DNA from: a virus
Taxonomy: Duplodnaviria > Caudoviricetes
Direction: 5' to 3' (one strand)
Length of the DNA stretch: 64,000 bases
Virus record (IMG/VR): IMGVR_UViG_3300031813_000669
Location: 9,058 to 73,057 of that record
Positions 35,383-46,800 of this stretch are shown in pieces. The notes beneath the pieces were generated by a model, which was given only the letters and a program-made list of their open reading frames with translations, was not told the DNA's origin and made no database searches. Positions within the stretch are counted from its first letter, which is position 1. Each line of letters starts with the position of its first letter. Both the position numbers and the translations under genes were made by a program.

Positions 35383-36621
35383 ATGGCACAAATAGACGTA
35401 TTTCCTTTATCTGTCAATGGTGTTATGCCACCAATGAATTTGATTTCAAATGCATTAGCTGGTAAAGGAATAACATCAAATTATCTTTATCCTCTCGATT
35501 TAGGTAGCAACTCAAATTATGGTCATGCTGTAATATTCAGCGCCGTAAAACCTCAATATACATCATCAATAAGTGGTGCATTATCAAATATAATGAATTT
35601 GATAAATCCCCAAACATTATTGAACTTAAACGGTCAGTTTAACCCACAAGGATCAATCTCCTTATATATGCCGGATACTTTAGCTGTTAATTATTCACAT
35701 AATTATGGTGAAGTAAGTCTTACTGAAGCTATAGGTCCCGCTTCATACTTTGGTGCTTTATTGGCTGATGTTGGAAGTAAAGGAAAAGGTACTGATGTTG
35801 ATAAAGGTAACATAGCACAATTAATAGCTAAACAAGGTATAGGACAACAAGGTGCAGCTGCCGGTTTTGCTGGAATAGCTGGTGCTCTTGGTGGTAATTT
35901 TGGTGAAGCCTTGTCGGTAGCACAAAATGTAATGGGACAAGTTGCTAACCCACATTTACAAATGTTATATAAAGGTATATCACTAAGAGAATTTCAATTT
36001 GAATTTAGATTTACACCATCTTCTTCACAAGAAGCATCTGAAGTTGATAAAATAATAAATCAATTCACATATTGGTCTTTACCTTCTGTTAATGCTGGAT
36101 CCGGTGTAAGTCATCAATACTTAGAACCGCCAGAAATGTTTGATATATCTTTTGTATTCATGGGTGGAACAGGAGTTGCATCAGCGGTATCAAATTTCTT
36201 TAGAAACATAGGCACAAATATATTTGGATCACAATTGACCTCACTTTTAAGTCCAGGACAAAGTAACATATCAAACGGAAATAAAGCAAAAATATTTCAA
36301 ATATACCATAGATGTGTTCTAATGAGTATGAGTGTAGATTATGCTCCTAACGGTTGGGCATCATTCAACGATGGTTATCCAGTTGAAACGAGATTAATAT
36401 TACAATTCAAAGAAACTGATATTGTCACAAAACAAGACATGAAGGGTGGAGTTGGTTCTCTTGGTGTATTTGGTAATGCAACTCAACAAGAATTACAAAA
36501 TGTGGAAGCTATGAATCCTGACACCTACAATACTATTGGTGAATTACCTTTAGGTCCAACACTTTCTGATGTTGGTGGTACAACTTATACCGACCTAGCC
36601 AATATGCCAGGATTTCCATAA
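35383..36621 (+). CDS. gp48: Baseplate tail-tube cap
   Basis: LYMPD.L...YS; NPHLQMLYKG..LREFQFEFRF.P.S..E; C.L.SM.VDY.P; L.FKET.I. Confidence 0.85.
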   Translation: MAQIDVFPLSVNGVMPPMNLISNALAGKGITSNYLYPLDLGSNSNYGHAVIFSAVKPQYTSSISGALSNIMNLINPQTLLNLNGQFNPQGSISLYMPDTLAVNYSHNYGEVSLTEAIGPASYFGALLADVGSKGKGTDVDKGNIAQLIAKQGIGQQGAAAGFAGIAGALGGNFGEALSVAQNVMGQVANPHLQMLYKGISLREFQFEFRFTPSSSQEASEVDKIINQFTYWSLPSVNAGSGVSHQYLEPPEMFDISFVFMGGTGVASAVSNFFRNIGTNIFGSQLTSLLSPGQSNISNGNKAKIFQIYHRCVLMSMSVDYAPNGWASFNDGYPVETRLILQFKETDIVTKQDMKGGVGSLGVFGNATQQELQNVEAMNPDTYNTIGELPLGPTLSDVGGTTYTDLANMPGFP

Positions 36622-37250
36622 TGAAATATTTTAAGAATTTACCAATAATAACACAACTTGATCCTTCAGGTAATCAAATAACAGTAAATAATCTGTTGAC
36701 CCGAGGTTATTTCCTTCCTTCATTATTGAATAATATATTATTATTTTATCAATATGATCTAAGAGATGGTGATAGACCGGAGGAAATTGCTTACAAATAT
36801 TATAATGACATTTATTCTTATTGGATTGTTTTGTACTCTAATGGTATTATAGATCCACAAACACAATGGCCATTAACAGATCAACAATTTGAAATATATC
36901 TAAATGACAAATATAGTTCAGACGCCAATACTGCTGGAATGACTGTATTACAGTATGTGCAAGAAACAACTAAAACATATCAACAAATAATTACAACATA
37001 CGATTCAGAGAATCTACAAAAAAATGTTATAACTATCGAAATTGATGAAGATACATACAATTCATTGAATCCTATAACTCAAGTTTTTACTCTGAATGGT
37101 GTAGAAATAACAAAAAGTGTTGATAGAAATATACAAACATTGTATGAATATGAAGTTTTGACTAGACAAACTAAAAGAAAAATTAATATTCTAAACAGCA
37201 AATATTATAATAGTGTTATCTCACAATTCCAGTCATTGATGGTACAATAA
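36621..37250 (+). CDS. gp53: Baseplate wedge subunit
   Basis: MKYFK.LP; DGDRPE.IAYKYY.D...YWIVL..N.I.DP..QWP; YEYE. Confidence 0.9.
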   Translation: MKYFKNLPIITQLDPSGNQITVNNLLTRGYFLPSLLNNILLFYQYDLRDGDRPEEIAYKYYNDIYSYWIVLYSNGIIDPQTQWPLTDQQFEIYLNDKYSSDANTAGMTVLQYVQETTKTYQQIITTYDSENLQKNVITIEIDEDTYNSLNPITQVFTLNGVEITKSVDRNIQTLYEYEVLTRQTKRKINILNSKYYNSVISQFQSLMVQ

Positions 37251-37251
37251 T

Positions 37252-38739
37252 ATGAATTTTTTACAGGGTTTATCTGATGTAAGTAATTTCTTATCTCAAG
37301 GAATAAACAACATCGGAATAGGAAATTTTGGTGGTGGTATTAATGATGGTACCATATCAAGTTCTGAGCCTGCTGTTCCAGATTTGTCCTCACCTTTTGA
37401 TTTTAACTTAAAAAGTGTTATCTTATCCGATTCTTCAGGATCATCTAGTTTAGATTTAACTGCATATCTAGTTGAGTTGAATTATTATGAAGATATTTTT
37501 GGAGACTGTATTTCTGGAAAGGTAGTTCTTTCAGATTCGGTGGGTGTTATATTCCAGAGTAGAATGAATGGTACCGAAAAATTAACAATATCATTTACAT
37601 CAGGTACAAATACAGGTAAACCTGATTTAATACAACATAGTTTTAGAGTATACTCAATTTCAGGTAGACATTTTGATATAGGTGGAAACTTTGAAAACTA
37701 TACTATAAATTTCTGTTCAGAAGAAATGTTGTTATCCGAAAAATACAGAATATCAAAATCATATAAACAAAAAACTATATCTGATATGATTAATGATATA
37801 ATGAAAAACTATCTACTCACTAATAAAAAATTAAACATAGATAGTACAACAGGAATATATGATATAGTTGTACCAAATAAAAAATTGTTTGAAACAATTA
37901 ATTGGTTAGCCTATTATGCACAATCTACATCGTATACTGGTGCAGATATGTTATTCTATGAGAGTAATAGTGGATATTATTTTAAATCATTACAATCATT
38001 GTATACACAATCTCCAAATTTTGCATATGCCTATAATCCTGCAAATATAGTTCCTACAAATTCCGATGCTTTTAATAACGAAGTATTGACTATAATGAAA
38101 CTTGATATTTTAAATACTTTTGATACATTAAAAGCAACAACAAAAGGAACTTTTACAAATAGATTGATAACCATTGATCCCATTCTAAGGAAGAAATATA
38201 TCAATGATTTTAATTACAATGATTATCAATCAAGTTCAAGAAAATTAAATGAACATGATGTAACAAACAATTCCGATAACGGAAGTAGACCATCATATTA
38301 TGACAGAATGGGTCAAAGTCTATACACCATAGGAAATAGCATTGTTGAGGCAGGTCCATTAAATCTAATGGTAACAAATTCAAATCAACAAGCCCAATCA
38401 CCAACAATTAGTCAAAATGCAGGATCGGTAGTTAGTGATTTCTTTGTAGAAAGAACTGCAAAATACAGAAATGCTCAATTAGCATTATCCAATTATACAA
38501 GAATAAAAATTATGGTTCCTGGAAATTCAGCAATAACTGTCGGAACTGTTCTTGATATTGATGTATTTGGTGCTGACGTTGAATCTATGGAATCGACTGC
38601 ACCAGGAAAGAGAAAAGAAGATTCATATTTATCTGGAAATTATCTAGTTACAGCAGTTAGACATGTAATCAATTTGAATAGATATATAACAGTAGTAGAA
38701 CTAGCGAAAGAAAGTAACAGAAATACAGGCAAAGGATAA
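37252..38739 (+). CDS. Baseplate hub protein (gp27-like)
   Basis: Lies between gp53 and gp5; EL.Y.EDIF...ISG.V...DS; FYE...GY.FKSL; SG.YLVTAVRH. Confidence 0.65.
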   Translation: MNFLQGLSDVSNFLSQGINNIGIGNFGGGINDGTISSSEPAVPDLSSPFDFNLKSVILSDSSGSSSLDLTAYLVELNYYEDIFGDCISGKVVLSDSVGVIFQSRMNGTEKLTISFTSGTNTGKPDLIQHSFRVYSISGRHFDIGGNFENYTINFCSEEMLLSEKYRISKSYKQKTISDMINDIMKNYLLTNKKLNIDSTTGIYDIVVPNKKLFETINWLAYYAQSTSYTGADMLFYESNSGYYFKSLQSLYTQSPNFAYAYNPANIVPTNSDAFNNEVLTIMKLDILNTFDTLKATTKGTFTNRLITIDPILRKKYINDFNYNDYQSSSRKLNEHDVTNNSDNGSRPSYYDRMGQSLYTIGNSIVEAGPLNLMVTNSNQQAQSPTISQNAGSVVSDFFVERTAKYRNAQLALSNYTRIKIMVPGNSAITVGTVLDIDVFGADVESMESTAPGKRKEDSYLSGNYLVTAVRHVINLNRYITVVELAKESNRNTGKG

Positions 38740-39044
38740 TGTTTGATACCAGTAATTTTATTGGAAAAAACGGTTTTGTATGGTGGATAGGTGTAATAGA
38801 AGATCGTGTTGATCCTTTAGCCATGGGTAGATGTAAAGTGAGAATTCATGGATGGCACTCAGATAATAAATCAATATTACCTACAGAAGAACTACCTTGG
38901 TCTTTACCTGTTTTTCCTGTAAATAATTCACAATCCTGGACAGCACCACTTGTTGATGATTGGATTCTGGGATTTTTCATGGATGGAGAAAACGGACAAT
39001 TTCCTGTTATGTTCGGTGTTATACCTTATATTAAAGAGACATAA
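38739..39044 (+). CDS. gp5: gp5 N-terminal OB-fold domain as a separate gene
   Basis: WWIGVIEDR.DP..MGRCKVRI.G.H; LPW; GFFMDG...Q.PV..G.IP followed by a stop. Confidence 0.88.
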   Translation: MFDTSNFIGKNGFVWWIGVIEDRVDPLAMGRCKVRIHGWHSDNKSILPTEELPWSLPVFPVNNSQSWTAPLVDDWILGFFMDGENGQFPVMFGVIPYIKET

Positions 39045-39045
39045 A

Positions 39046-39687
39046 ATGGCAACAGATAATCCAAATTTAGCACCAGTAAATCCAAATGGAAAAGAAACTG
39101 ATCCACCCAAAAAACCTCAGGGTGTGAATAGTTCTACCTCATATCAAAATTCAGGTTCATCCTTACCAAAACTATCACAAGGTGTTTTGAATGACACTAT
39201 GACGGAAATTAATAACCTACTTCCTGTTGCTGGTTGTCCTATTAGATTACCAAACACTTTAAATAAAATTATGACCCAAATGGGGTTATATCCAGAAGTT
39301 GAAGCTAATAGGCTAGCAGAATGGGCTGAAAAATTAGGAGAATTCTTAGCTCCAATTGTTGAGGCTATTGCTAATGCTGTTAAAGCTTTGAAACAAATAA
39401 TGAATGAGATTATGTATTACATAAACCAAATGATGGAATTAATAAAAGAAATTCAACAATTTATTAGTGATGTTATGTCATTTGTATCATTCGTTTTGTC
39501 TTTACCTGCTCGATTAATGCAATTAGTTATGAATTGTTTAAGTTCGTTGATATCAGGAGCTTCAAATTATGTTAGCGAAGCATTCACCAGTTTCCAAACC
39601 GCAATATCTAACGGAGTTAGTACTGAAGTTCCTCTAAACGAAACAACAGGAACATATACTACTAAACCACCAAAAGCTAATACATAA
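39046..39687 (+). CDS. Helical hypothetical protein within the gp5 locus
   Basis: ATG two bases after the gp5-N stop. Confidence 0.65.
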   Translation: MATDNPNLAPVNPNGKETDPPKKPQGVNSSTSYQNSGSSLPKLSQGVLNDTMTEINNLLPVAGCPIRLPNTLNKIMTQMGLYPEVEANRLAEWAEKLGEFLAPIVEAIANAVKALKQIMNEIMYYINQMMELIKEIQQFISDVMSFVSFVLSLPARLMQLVMNCLSSLISGASNYVSEAFTSFQTAISNGVSTEVPLNETTGTYTTKPPKANT

Positions 39688-39694
39688 ATTGATT

Positions 39695-40012
39695 ATGGAC
39701 GCAAATACACATATTAATAAATTATATCAAAGTATAAGTTCTTTGCAGGAACATATTGGTAATTTACAAAACCAAGTTAATACACTAAATGATGTACATC
39801 AATCATTCAATGATAATCTTAGTGAAGGAACTATACATCCTGATACATTAGATAAAATACAAAGTATACAAAATCATGTTATTGATCGATCTAATCACCT
39901 AGAGAATTTAATATCCAATGTTTTACATCCAGACGTTATTGAAAATAAAATCAAAATGATAAAATTGATACACGATAATAAAAATTATATTGATGTGAAT
40001 CCAGGAGATTAA
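39695..40012 (+). CDS. Coiled-coil hypothetical protein within the gp5 locus
   Basis: His/Asn-rich heptads. Confidence 0.6.
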   Translation: MDANTHINKLYQSISSLQEHIGNLQNQVNTLNDVHQSFNDNLSEGTIHPDTLDKIQSIQNHVIDRSNHLENLISNVLHPDVIENKIKMIKLIHDNKNYIDVNPGD

Positions 40013-40013
40013 T

Positions 40014-40949
40014 ATGGCAACAGATGCATGGTTTAGACCGGATAATAGTACTGAAGAAGAAAAACCATTATACCCTTATAATTCTGTAAGAAGTACAGAA
40101 TGTGGTCACTACGAGGAATATGATAGCACCCCCGGAAATGAAAGAATAAGAGTTCAACACAAATCTGGAACATATAAAGAATATCAAGCGACAGGAAATT
40201 GTGTTCACCATATCACAGGAAATGGTTACCATATTGTATTACAAGATGATAATGTAAAAATAGAAGGTTCTTGTCATGTAACAATAATGAAGGATGCAGA
40301 GATTCATGTAGCTGGAGATATGCATTTAATTGTGGATGGAGACTTCACACAGACTGTTAAAGGTAATTACAATCTTGCGGTTGAAGGAGATCACACATCC
40401 GATGTGTCTGGAACTCACCAGGTGACTGCCTCAGACGTACAACACGCTTCATCAGGCACATTGACACACAGCGGAGATTTGAACATCCGAGGTGATATCA
40501 TATGTCAACAATCAGTCTCGGCTTTAGGAAATTTAACAGCGGGTGGTCACTTGAGTATTCAAGGATCAATCATGGCGGAAGGCATGATTCCTCAAACAGG
40601 AGGAGAACCTCTACCACACATAATAACCGGAATAGTTCCTGGAATTGGCCTAACAATTAATACTGTTGGTGCTATTCAAGCAGCCACAACAATGGGAATT
40701 TTACTACAAGCAGGCATTGGTATATCAGCTACTGCTGGTGCAGGAATTACTGCTACCGCTGGTGGTGCTGTATCACTAACAGCTGGTGCGGCTGCGTCAT
40801 TGACTGCCGGAACATCAGCATCAATAACAGCTGGGGCAGATGCCTCTATGACTGCTGGTGGTGCAGTAACAGTAAAAGCGGCTGGAGCTGCAACATTACA
40901 GGCAGCAGGTATAACAAGTATCAAGGGATCTTTGATAAATCTGAACTAA
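40014..40949 (+). CDS. gp5: gp5 C-terminal beta-helix spike protein
   Basis: YPYN.V..TECGH..EYD.TPG.ERI...HKSGT..E; V.GD repeats; Ala/Gly/Thr 8-residue repeats. Confidence 0.85.
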   Translation: MATDAWFRPDNSTEEEKPLYPYNSVRSTECGHYEEYDSTPGNERIRVQHKSGTYKEYQATGNCVHHITGNGYHIVLQDDNVKIEGSCHVTIMKDAEIHVAGDMHLIVDGDFTQTVKGNYNLAVEGDHTSDVSGTHQVTASDVQHASSGTLTHSGDLNIRGDIICQQSVSALGNLTAGGHLSIQGSIMAEGMIPQTGGEPLPHIITGIVPGIGLTINTVGAIQAATTMGILLQAGIGISATAGAGITATAGGAVSLTAGAAASLTAGTSASITAGADASMTAGGAVTVKAAGAATLQAAGITSIKGSLINLN

Positions 40950-40958
40950 GGAGAATTT

Positions 40959-41342
40959 ATGGCAGGCCTAGGATTAGCTTTACAAAACAGCGTAGTATCC
41001 TGTACAGATGGAATAATAGGAATACCCTGTAAATTTACTCCAACAGGAACTCCAATTTCTTGGTTTTGGAATACACCACTTATTAGTTCAGCCTCAGCAT
41101 GTAGCACAACAGTAAAAGTAAATGGACTAGGAATAGTTAGAGCTGGAGATGTTATGATGATGCACCCAGATGGATCAATATGTACACCCGTTCCAATTAA
41201 TCATGCTCCACCTTTGGTAGCTACTTCTGCAACCGTTTTTGTTGAAGGTAAACCTGTGGGTAGAATAGGTGATCTTTTTAATGATGGAAATGGATATACA
41301 CACACAATAACAACCGGTTCATTAAATGTCTTATCAGGATAG
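40959..41342 (+). CDS. PAAR-like spike tip (gp5.4-like)
   Basis: TVKVNG..IVRAGD...H; SATVFVEGKPVGRIGD; TGS.NV. Confidence 0.85.
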   Translation: MAGLGLALQNSVVSCTDGIIGIPCKFTPTGTPISWFWNTPLISSASACSTTVKVNGLGIVRAGDVMMMHPDGSICTPVPINHAPPLVATSATVFVEGKPVGRIGDLFNDGNGYTHTITTGSLNVLSG

Positions 41343-41355
41343 ATATAAATAAACG

Positions 41356-41748
41356 ATGGCAACAAAACAATACATATACTCAGACATAGATTTGAGATTT
41401 AATCCCCAACCAGCAATTGGAGATGTATCTATCAGTTATGACGAGCAAGCTGTTATTAGGGCTGTTCGTGGACTATTGTTGACAAAACCTTATGAAAGGT
41501 TATTTAATCCTACCATGGGTTCACAGGTTGATAATTTATTATTTGAGCCTATTACTCCTATTACTGCAAATTTATTAAGACAAGAGATCATTAATACCAT
41601 AACAAATTGGGAACCAAGAGTTACAATAGCCACAATAGATGTTGTACCTTATCCAGATCAAAATGGTTTTAGTGTATCATTATTTCTTTATATTGGAAAT
41701 AAAACAGAACCTACTGGAATAAATTTAATATTAAAAAGATCAAGATAA
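41356..41748 (+). CDS. gp25: Baseplate wedge subunit
   Basis: YSDIDL.F..P; A.IRAVR.LLLT..YERLFNP..GS; WEPRV. Late promoter TATAAATA at 41344-41351. Confidence 0.93.
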   Translation: MATKQYIYSDIDLRFNPQPAIGDVSISYDEQAVIRAVRGLLLTKPYERLFNPTMGSQVDNLLFEPITPITANLLRQEIINTITNWEPRVTIATIDVVPYPDQNGFSVSLFLYIGNKTEPTGINLILKRSR

Positions 41749-41801
41749 TTTGTACTCACTTTAAGCACAAATAAATAAGAATAAAAATAAAGGTTTTTTA
41801 A

Positions 41802-43877
41802 ATGGCTGCAAATACCTCAACATCTCTAGTCGGATTAGATTTTGATTCAATCAAAAATAATCTACTCAACTATCTACAGAGCCAAGATACCTTTAAGGAT
41901 TACAATTTTCAAGGATCAGGTCTATCTGTACTTCTTGATGTATTAGCATACAATACTCAATATAATGCATTCTATCTGAACATGGTTGCAAACGAAATGT
42001 TCCTGGATACTGCATTACAAAGATCGTCAGTTGTATCTCACGCTAAATTACTGAATTACACACCAAAGTCTGCAATAGCTCCTACTGCATTTGTTGACAT
42101 AACAGTTAATAATGTTGGTACAACAAGTTTAACACTTCCATCTTTTACCAATTTCTTATCTGAATCGGTAAATGGAGTTAATTATAATTTTGTTACAACT
42201 AAATCAACAACAGTTAGTGCAAATAATAATACTGTTAATTTCTATGGTGTTGAGTTAAAACAAGGAATACCAGTAAAATATACATTTACTGTAAACTCAA
42301 CAACAAATCCAACATATACATTCCAATTACCGGATTCTGATATTGATACTAGTACAATATCCGTTTCTGTTCAGAATTCATCTTCGAATAATTATACTCA
42401 AACATTTGTTGAATCCACTAACTATCTCACACTAACACCAGATAGTAGAGTTTATTTCTTACAAGAATCTTTAAATGGTAATTATGAAATTTCTTTTGGT
42501 GATAATATTCTCGGAAGAAAATTAGATGATAATAATGTGGTTATTGTAAATTATTTGATAACACAAGGAACTTCAAGTGCGGGTGCAAATAATTTTGTAC
42601 TCATGGATTCTATACCTAATTTTGGTACCACCTCAGTTAAAGGAAACACTCCTGCTTCACAAGGGTCGGAAAAGGAATCTATTGATTCAATAAAATATCA
42701 GGCACCAAAATCATACTCTGCACAAAGAAGAGCTGTAACAAATGAAGATTATATTACAGCAATACAACAAAATAACATAGGATTTAACTTTGATGCAGTA
42801 AATGTTTGGGGTGGCCAAGATAATGATCCTCCCGTTTATGGTCAGATATTTGTTTGTTTGAAACCAAAAGGATCTTACACATTCACTTCAACACAGAAAC
42901 AAAGAATTATTTCTGATATACTTAAACCAATTTCTATAGTAACTGTGGAACCAACTATTGTTGATCCAGATTACACATATATTGTTGTTAATTCTAATGT
43001 TGTTTATGATCCAAAGAAAACAACTTTATTACAATCTGATATACAAAATTTAGTACAGACAACAATTTTAAACTTTGCAGCCAATAATTTGAGTACTTTT
43101 AATTCAACCTTTTCCGCAAGTGAATTGATGAGAGAAATTCAAATTGCTGATATATCAATTGTCGCAAATGAGATATCAATAAAGTTGCAGAAAAAATTAT
43201 ATCCTATTTTTGGATCTTCTATATCATACAATTTGAATTTTACTGTGCCTTTACAAAAAGGAATATTAACTAGTGGTATATCAAGTACACCGTCATTAAC
43301 ATTTAATAACCCATATAATCTTGCTAACACAATTAATGATGTATATATTGAAGAAATTCCTACATTTACTGCTGGAATTGACACAATTAATATCATTAAT
43401 TCTGGGTATAATTATACAGTCACACCTACAATAACAATTACTGGTGATGGTAGTGGTGCAACTGCAAATGCAACAATAGATTCTCTAGGAAGAATTAACT
43501 CAATACTCGTAACAAATTCTGGAAATAATTATACTAGTGCCGTTGTTACCATTACAAATGGACCTGGTGATAATAGAGGAACAGGTGGACAAGCTGTTGC
43601 TGTATTGAAAGGTAGATATGGTCAATTAAGAAGTTATTACTACAATAGTAACAATGTTAAAACCATATTGAATCCAAATATTGGTATAGTAGATTACACA
43701 AAAGGAATTATAACACTAAATTCTTTCAATCCTATTGATAGTTCAGATCCATTGGGTTCATTATCAATAATAACAAATCCAGTATCTTCAATCATATCTT
43801 CAACTTTTGATAAAATAATAACAATAGATCCTTTCGATCCTAATGCTATTACTGTTAATGTAACTGCCAAAACATAA
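41802..43877 (+). CDS. gp6: Baseplate wedge subunit
   Basis: LDFD.IK..L..YL.SQ..F.DYNF.GSGLS.LLDVLAYNT.Y; ESI.SIK..AP; QRRAVT..DY. Confidence 0.95.
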   Translation: MAANTSTSLVGLDFDSIKNNLLNYLQSQDTFKDYNFQGSGLSVLLDVLAYNTQYNAFYLNMVANEMFLDTALQRSSVVSHAKLLNYTPKSAIAPTAFVDITVNNVGTTSLTLPSFTNFLSESVNGVNYNFVTTKSTTVSANNNTVNFYGVELKQGIPVKYTFTVNSTTNPTYTFQLPDSDIDTSTISVSVQNSSSNNYTQTFVESTNYLTLTPDSRVYFLQESLNGNYEISFGDNILGRKLDDNNVVIVNYLITQGTSSAGANNFVLMDSIPNFGTTSVKGNTPASQGSEKESIDSIKYQAPKSYSAQRRAVTNEDYITAIQQNNIGFNFDAVNVWGGQDNDPPVYGQIFVCLKPKGSYTFTSTQKQRIISDILKPISIVTVEPTIVDPDYTYIVVNSNVVYDPKKTTLLQSDIQNLVQTTILNFAANNLSTFNSTFSASELMREIQIADISIVANEISIKLQKKLYPIFGSSISYNLNFTVPLQKGILTSGISSTPSLTFNNPYNLANTINDVYIEEIPTFTAGIDTINIINSGYNYTVTPTITITGDGSGATANATIDSLGRINSILVTNSGNNYTSAVVTITNGPGDNRGTGGQAVAVLKGRYGQLRSYYYNSNNVKTILNPNIGIVDYTKGIITLNSFNPIDSSDPLGSLSIITNPVSSIISSTFDKIITIDPFDPNAITVNVTAKT

Positions 43878-43880
43878 TAA

Positions 43881-46800
43881 ATGATAGACAGTATACAAAA
43901 AACTTCCATATTAGTTCCATCACAATTACCTGAATGGATTCGTGATGATGAGAACTATAAACATTTCGTTTATTTCCTTCAAGCTTACTATCAATGGTTG
44001 GAGCAGGAAGGTAATGTATTGGATTATTCTAAAAATATTCCAAATTATCAAGATATTGATAAAACTACTGATCAATTCATGCAGTATTTTATCAATGATT
44101 TCTTACCTTACTTCCCTGAAGATGCTTTAATCAGTAAAACAAAAGCATTAAAATTTGCAAAAGAATTATATCAAACAAAAGGAACTCCTGCTTCTTATCA
44201 ATTTCTATTCAGAGTATTGTATAACTCTGATTGTGATATAGTTTACACCAAAGACTTTGTATTCAAAGCATCATCGGGTAATTGGTATGTTCCAAGAAGT
44301 CTAAAACTAGCAACAGATGACCCTAACTTCTTATCTATAGCTAATTATAGAATATTTGGTGAAACATCAAAATCATTAGCGGTTATTGAATCTGCTTTAC
44401 AAAATGGTTTAAAAACCGAAATATTTATTTCGGATGTACAGAGATTATTTCTATCAGGTGAATATGTAAAAATTCTTGATTATAATTATCAAGATGTTTA
44501 TTTTTTAAATGGAAATAGAGTAGATAAAGGAACTCCCGGATCAGAACTACTTAGAGCTAAATTAGTAGGTCAGATAAGCCAAATTAATATTGATCCTTCA
44601 AATAGAGGATCTTACTACCAACAATATTATCCTGTTGTTGTGTACGGTGGTTTAAATGCCGAAATATTAAATCCGGTAGGAGCTAAAGCTGAAGTTGGTG
44701 ATGTTACGACCGGTATATTACAAAGTATACAAGTAGTTGATGGTGGATGGGGTTACAGAACTGATCCAAATACACAAATTGTATTTCCAGACTTATCTCA
44801 AAATGCTCCTATTGCTGCGGTTTCAATAACATTATCATCTTTGTTGCCTTATGCTAATATCAGCAATCCTGGATTTGGTTATCAAAATAATGATCCAATT
44901 TATGTAAATTATCAGAGTGTTAATTATCATGTAGCTGATGTTAAATTAGTTAATAACTTAGGACAAATACTACAAGTAAATTATGTTTCAGGTACGGATG
45001 AAAATACAATTTTAGGATTGTCAGCGAATGTAGTTTCTTCTAATGCTAATGCACATGGAGCTGTAATAACATTTCCTTCTAATACCAGAAGTTCTGCAGC
45101 AAATTTAACCTATGCACCTATTAACACTTTACAGTTAGCTCAAAATATTACGATAGGGTCTGGTAGTTATACATTTACAAAATCATCCGCTAATGCAAAT
45201 ACCAAATTATCAAATGGTTTAGATTTTGTAACATTTCAAACTTATTCTATAGGTCAAGTTGCAGTAGAAAATGGTGGTGGTGGTTTAACAACCTCTCCTA
45301 AAATCCAAGCTTTAGCTGTATATGATACAGATATTGCAACATCAACATCTGACATATCGGATACTGCTCATATTTACAAACTGGGTATACTTTCTCCTAT
45401 CCAAGTTTTAGGTGGAGGTAATGGATACCGAGTAAATGACGCAATTGTTTTTAGCGGAGGATCTGGTTATGGTGCATACGCTAATGTTACTAATGTAACA
45501 CCATCAGGTGCAATAACCGAAGTAACATACTATCAAGGAAATTTGACATATCCTCTCGGAGGAATGGGATATAAATCCGATTCTTTACCTACATTGAGTG
45601 TAAAATCAGCCAATTCTTCAGCATCAGGAGCTTCTCTTGTTGTTACTGGTATACTTGGTGCTGGTGCAGTATTATCTGGAGTAACCAGTCAAGCAGGACA
45701 AATTACCACAATTAATGTTATTGACAACGGACAGGACTATACTTCTGCACCAAATTTATCATTAAAAATTCAAGATTTTATTGTACATAACTTATCTCCT
45801 TCCAATTTCCCAAAAAAAGGAGATGTTGTATATCAAGGTTCGAGTTTAAACAATTCAACATGGAACGCATATGTTGAATCTGTAACTTTCTTAACAACTA
45901 TACAAAATGTATCATACTATAATTTAAGAGTATATAACTATAACACTTATCCTGATCCCAACAAAACAATTTATAATGTAAATAATAATCCAGTTAATGC
46001 TACCATAACTAATAATAAAATTATTTCAGATACTATAAATGGTCTTGGATTAAAAATAGGCAATCTAACTTTGTCATATTCTTATGATACAAATATAGGA
46101 ATATATGGATTTAATAGTTACGGTGATGGTAAAGCAAAAGCGGTTGCACAATTCCTAAACGGACTGGTAATAGGTCAAGGACAGTATCTAGACACAAGTG
46201 GACAACCAAGTTCTTATAGTGTACTTCAAAATGAAGATTATAATAATTTCACCTACAAATTAACTGTAGAAAAAGAAATATCAAAATATAAGAATATATT
46301 GTTGAATCTGTTACATCCAGCTGGATTGAAGGTTCTAGGAAGATTCTCTGCAAAATCTCAATCTGATTTTATAGTTCGTTCAGAAGATGAATTATTAACT
46401 GGAAGACCATTGTATAGTGCTAATGCTTCTGGTATAGTAGGAAGTTATGTGACAATGGTAACTGATTTTGTTAATAAAAGTAACAATATCATTACTTTCA
46501 ATAACATAGATGGTGCAAACCTAAACAATTTCATATACACCAATAGTATAATACAATTAACACCAACAAATGGACCAAATGTACGATCTTCTGTTCTTTC
46601 GGTTAATGCTACAAGTAACCAAGTAACATTATCAACAAATACTTGGTTGACTTTCTCTAATATAGCTTACACACACATCACCGCTGGATCCAATGTTATA
46701 AATATTGATGTATTAACAGGTGCTTATAACATAATCAATGATGGTGTTTATAGTGATCCTAATTATCCTTTAAAAGATATAGCTTATGTTGGGGATAATT

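Noticed and set aside
39045-40013. Self-splicing intron interrupting gp5
   Set aside because: The segment is fully occupied by two ordinary-looking ORFs, with no endonuclease motif or visible group I core.
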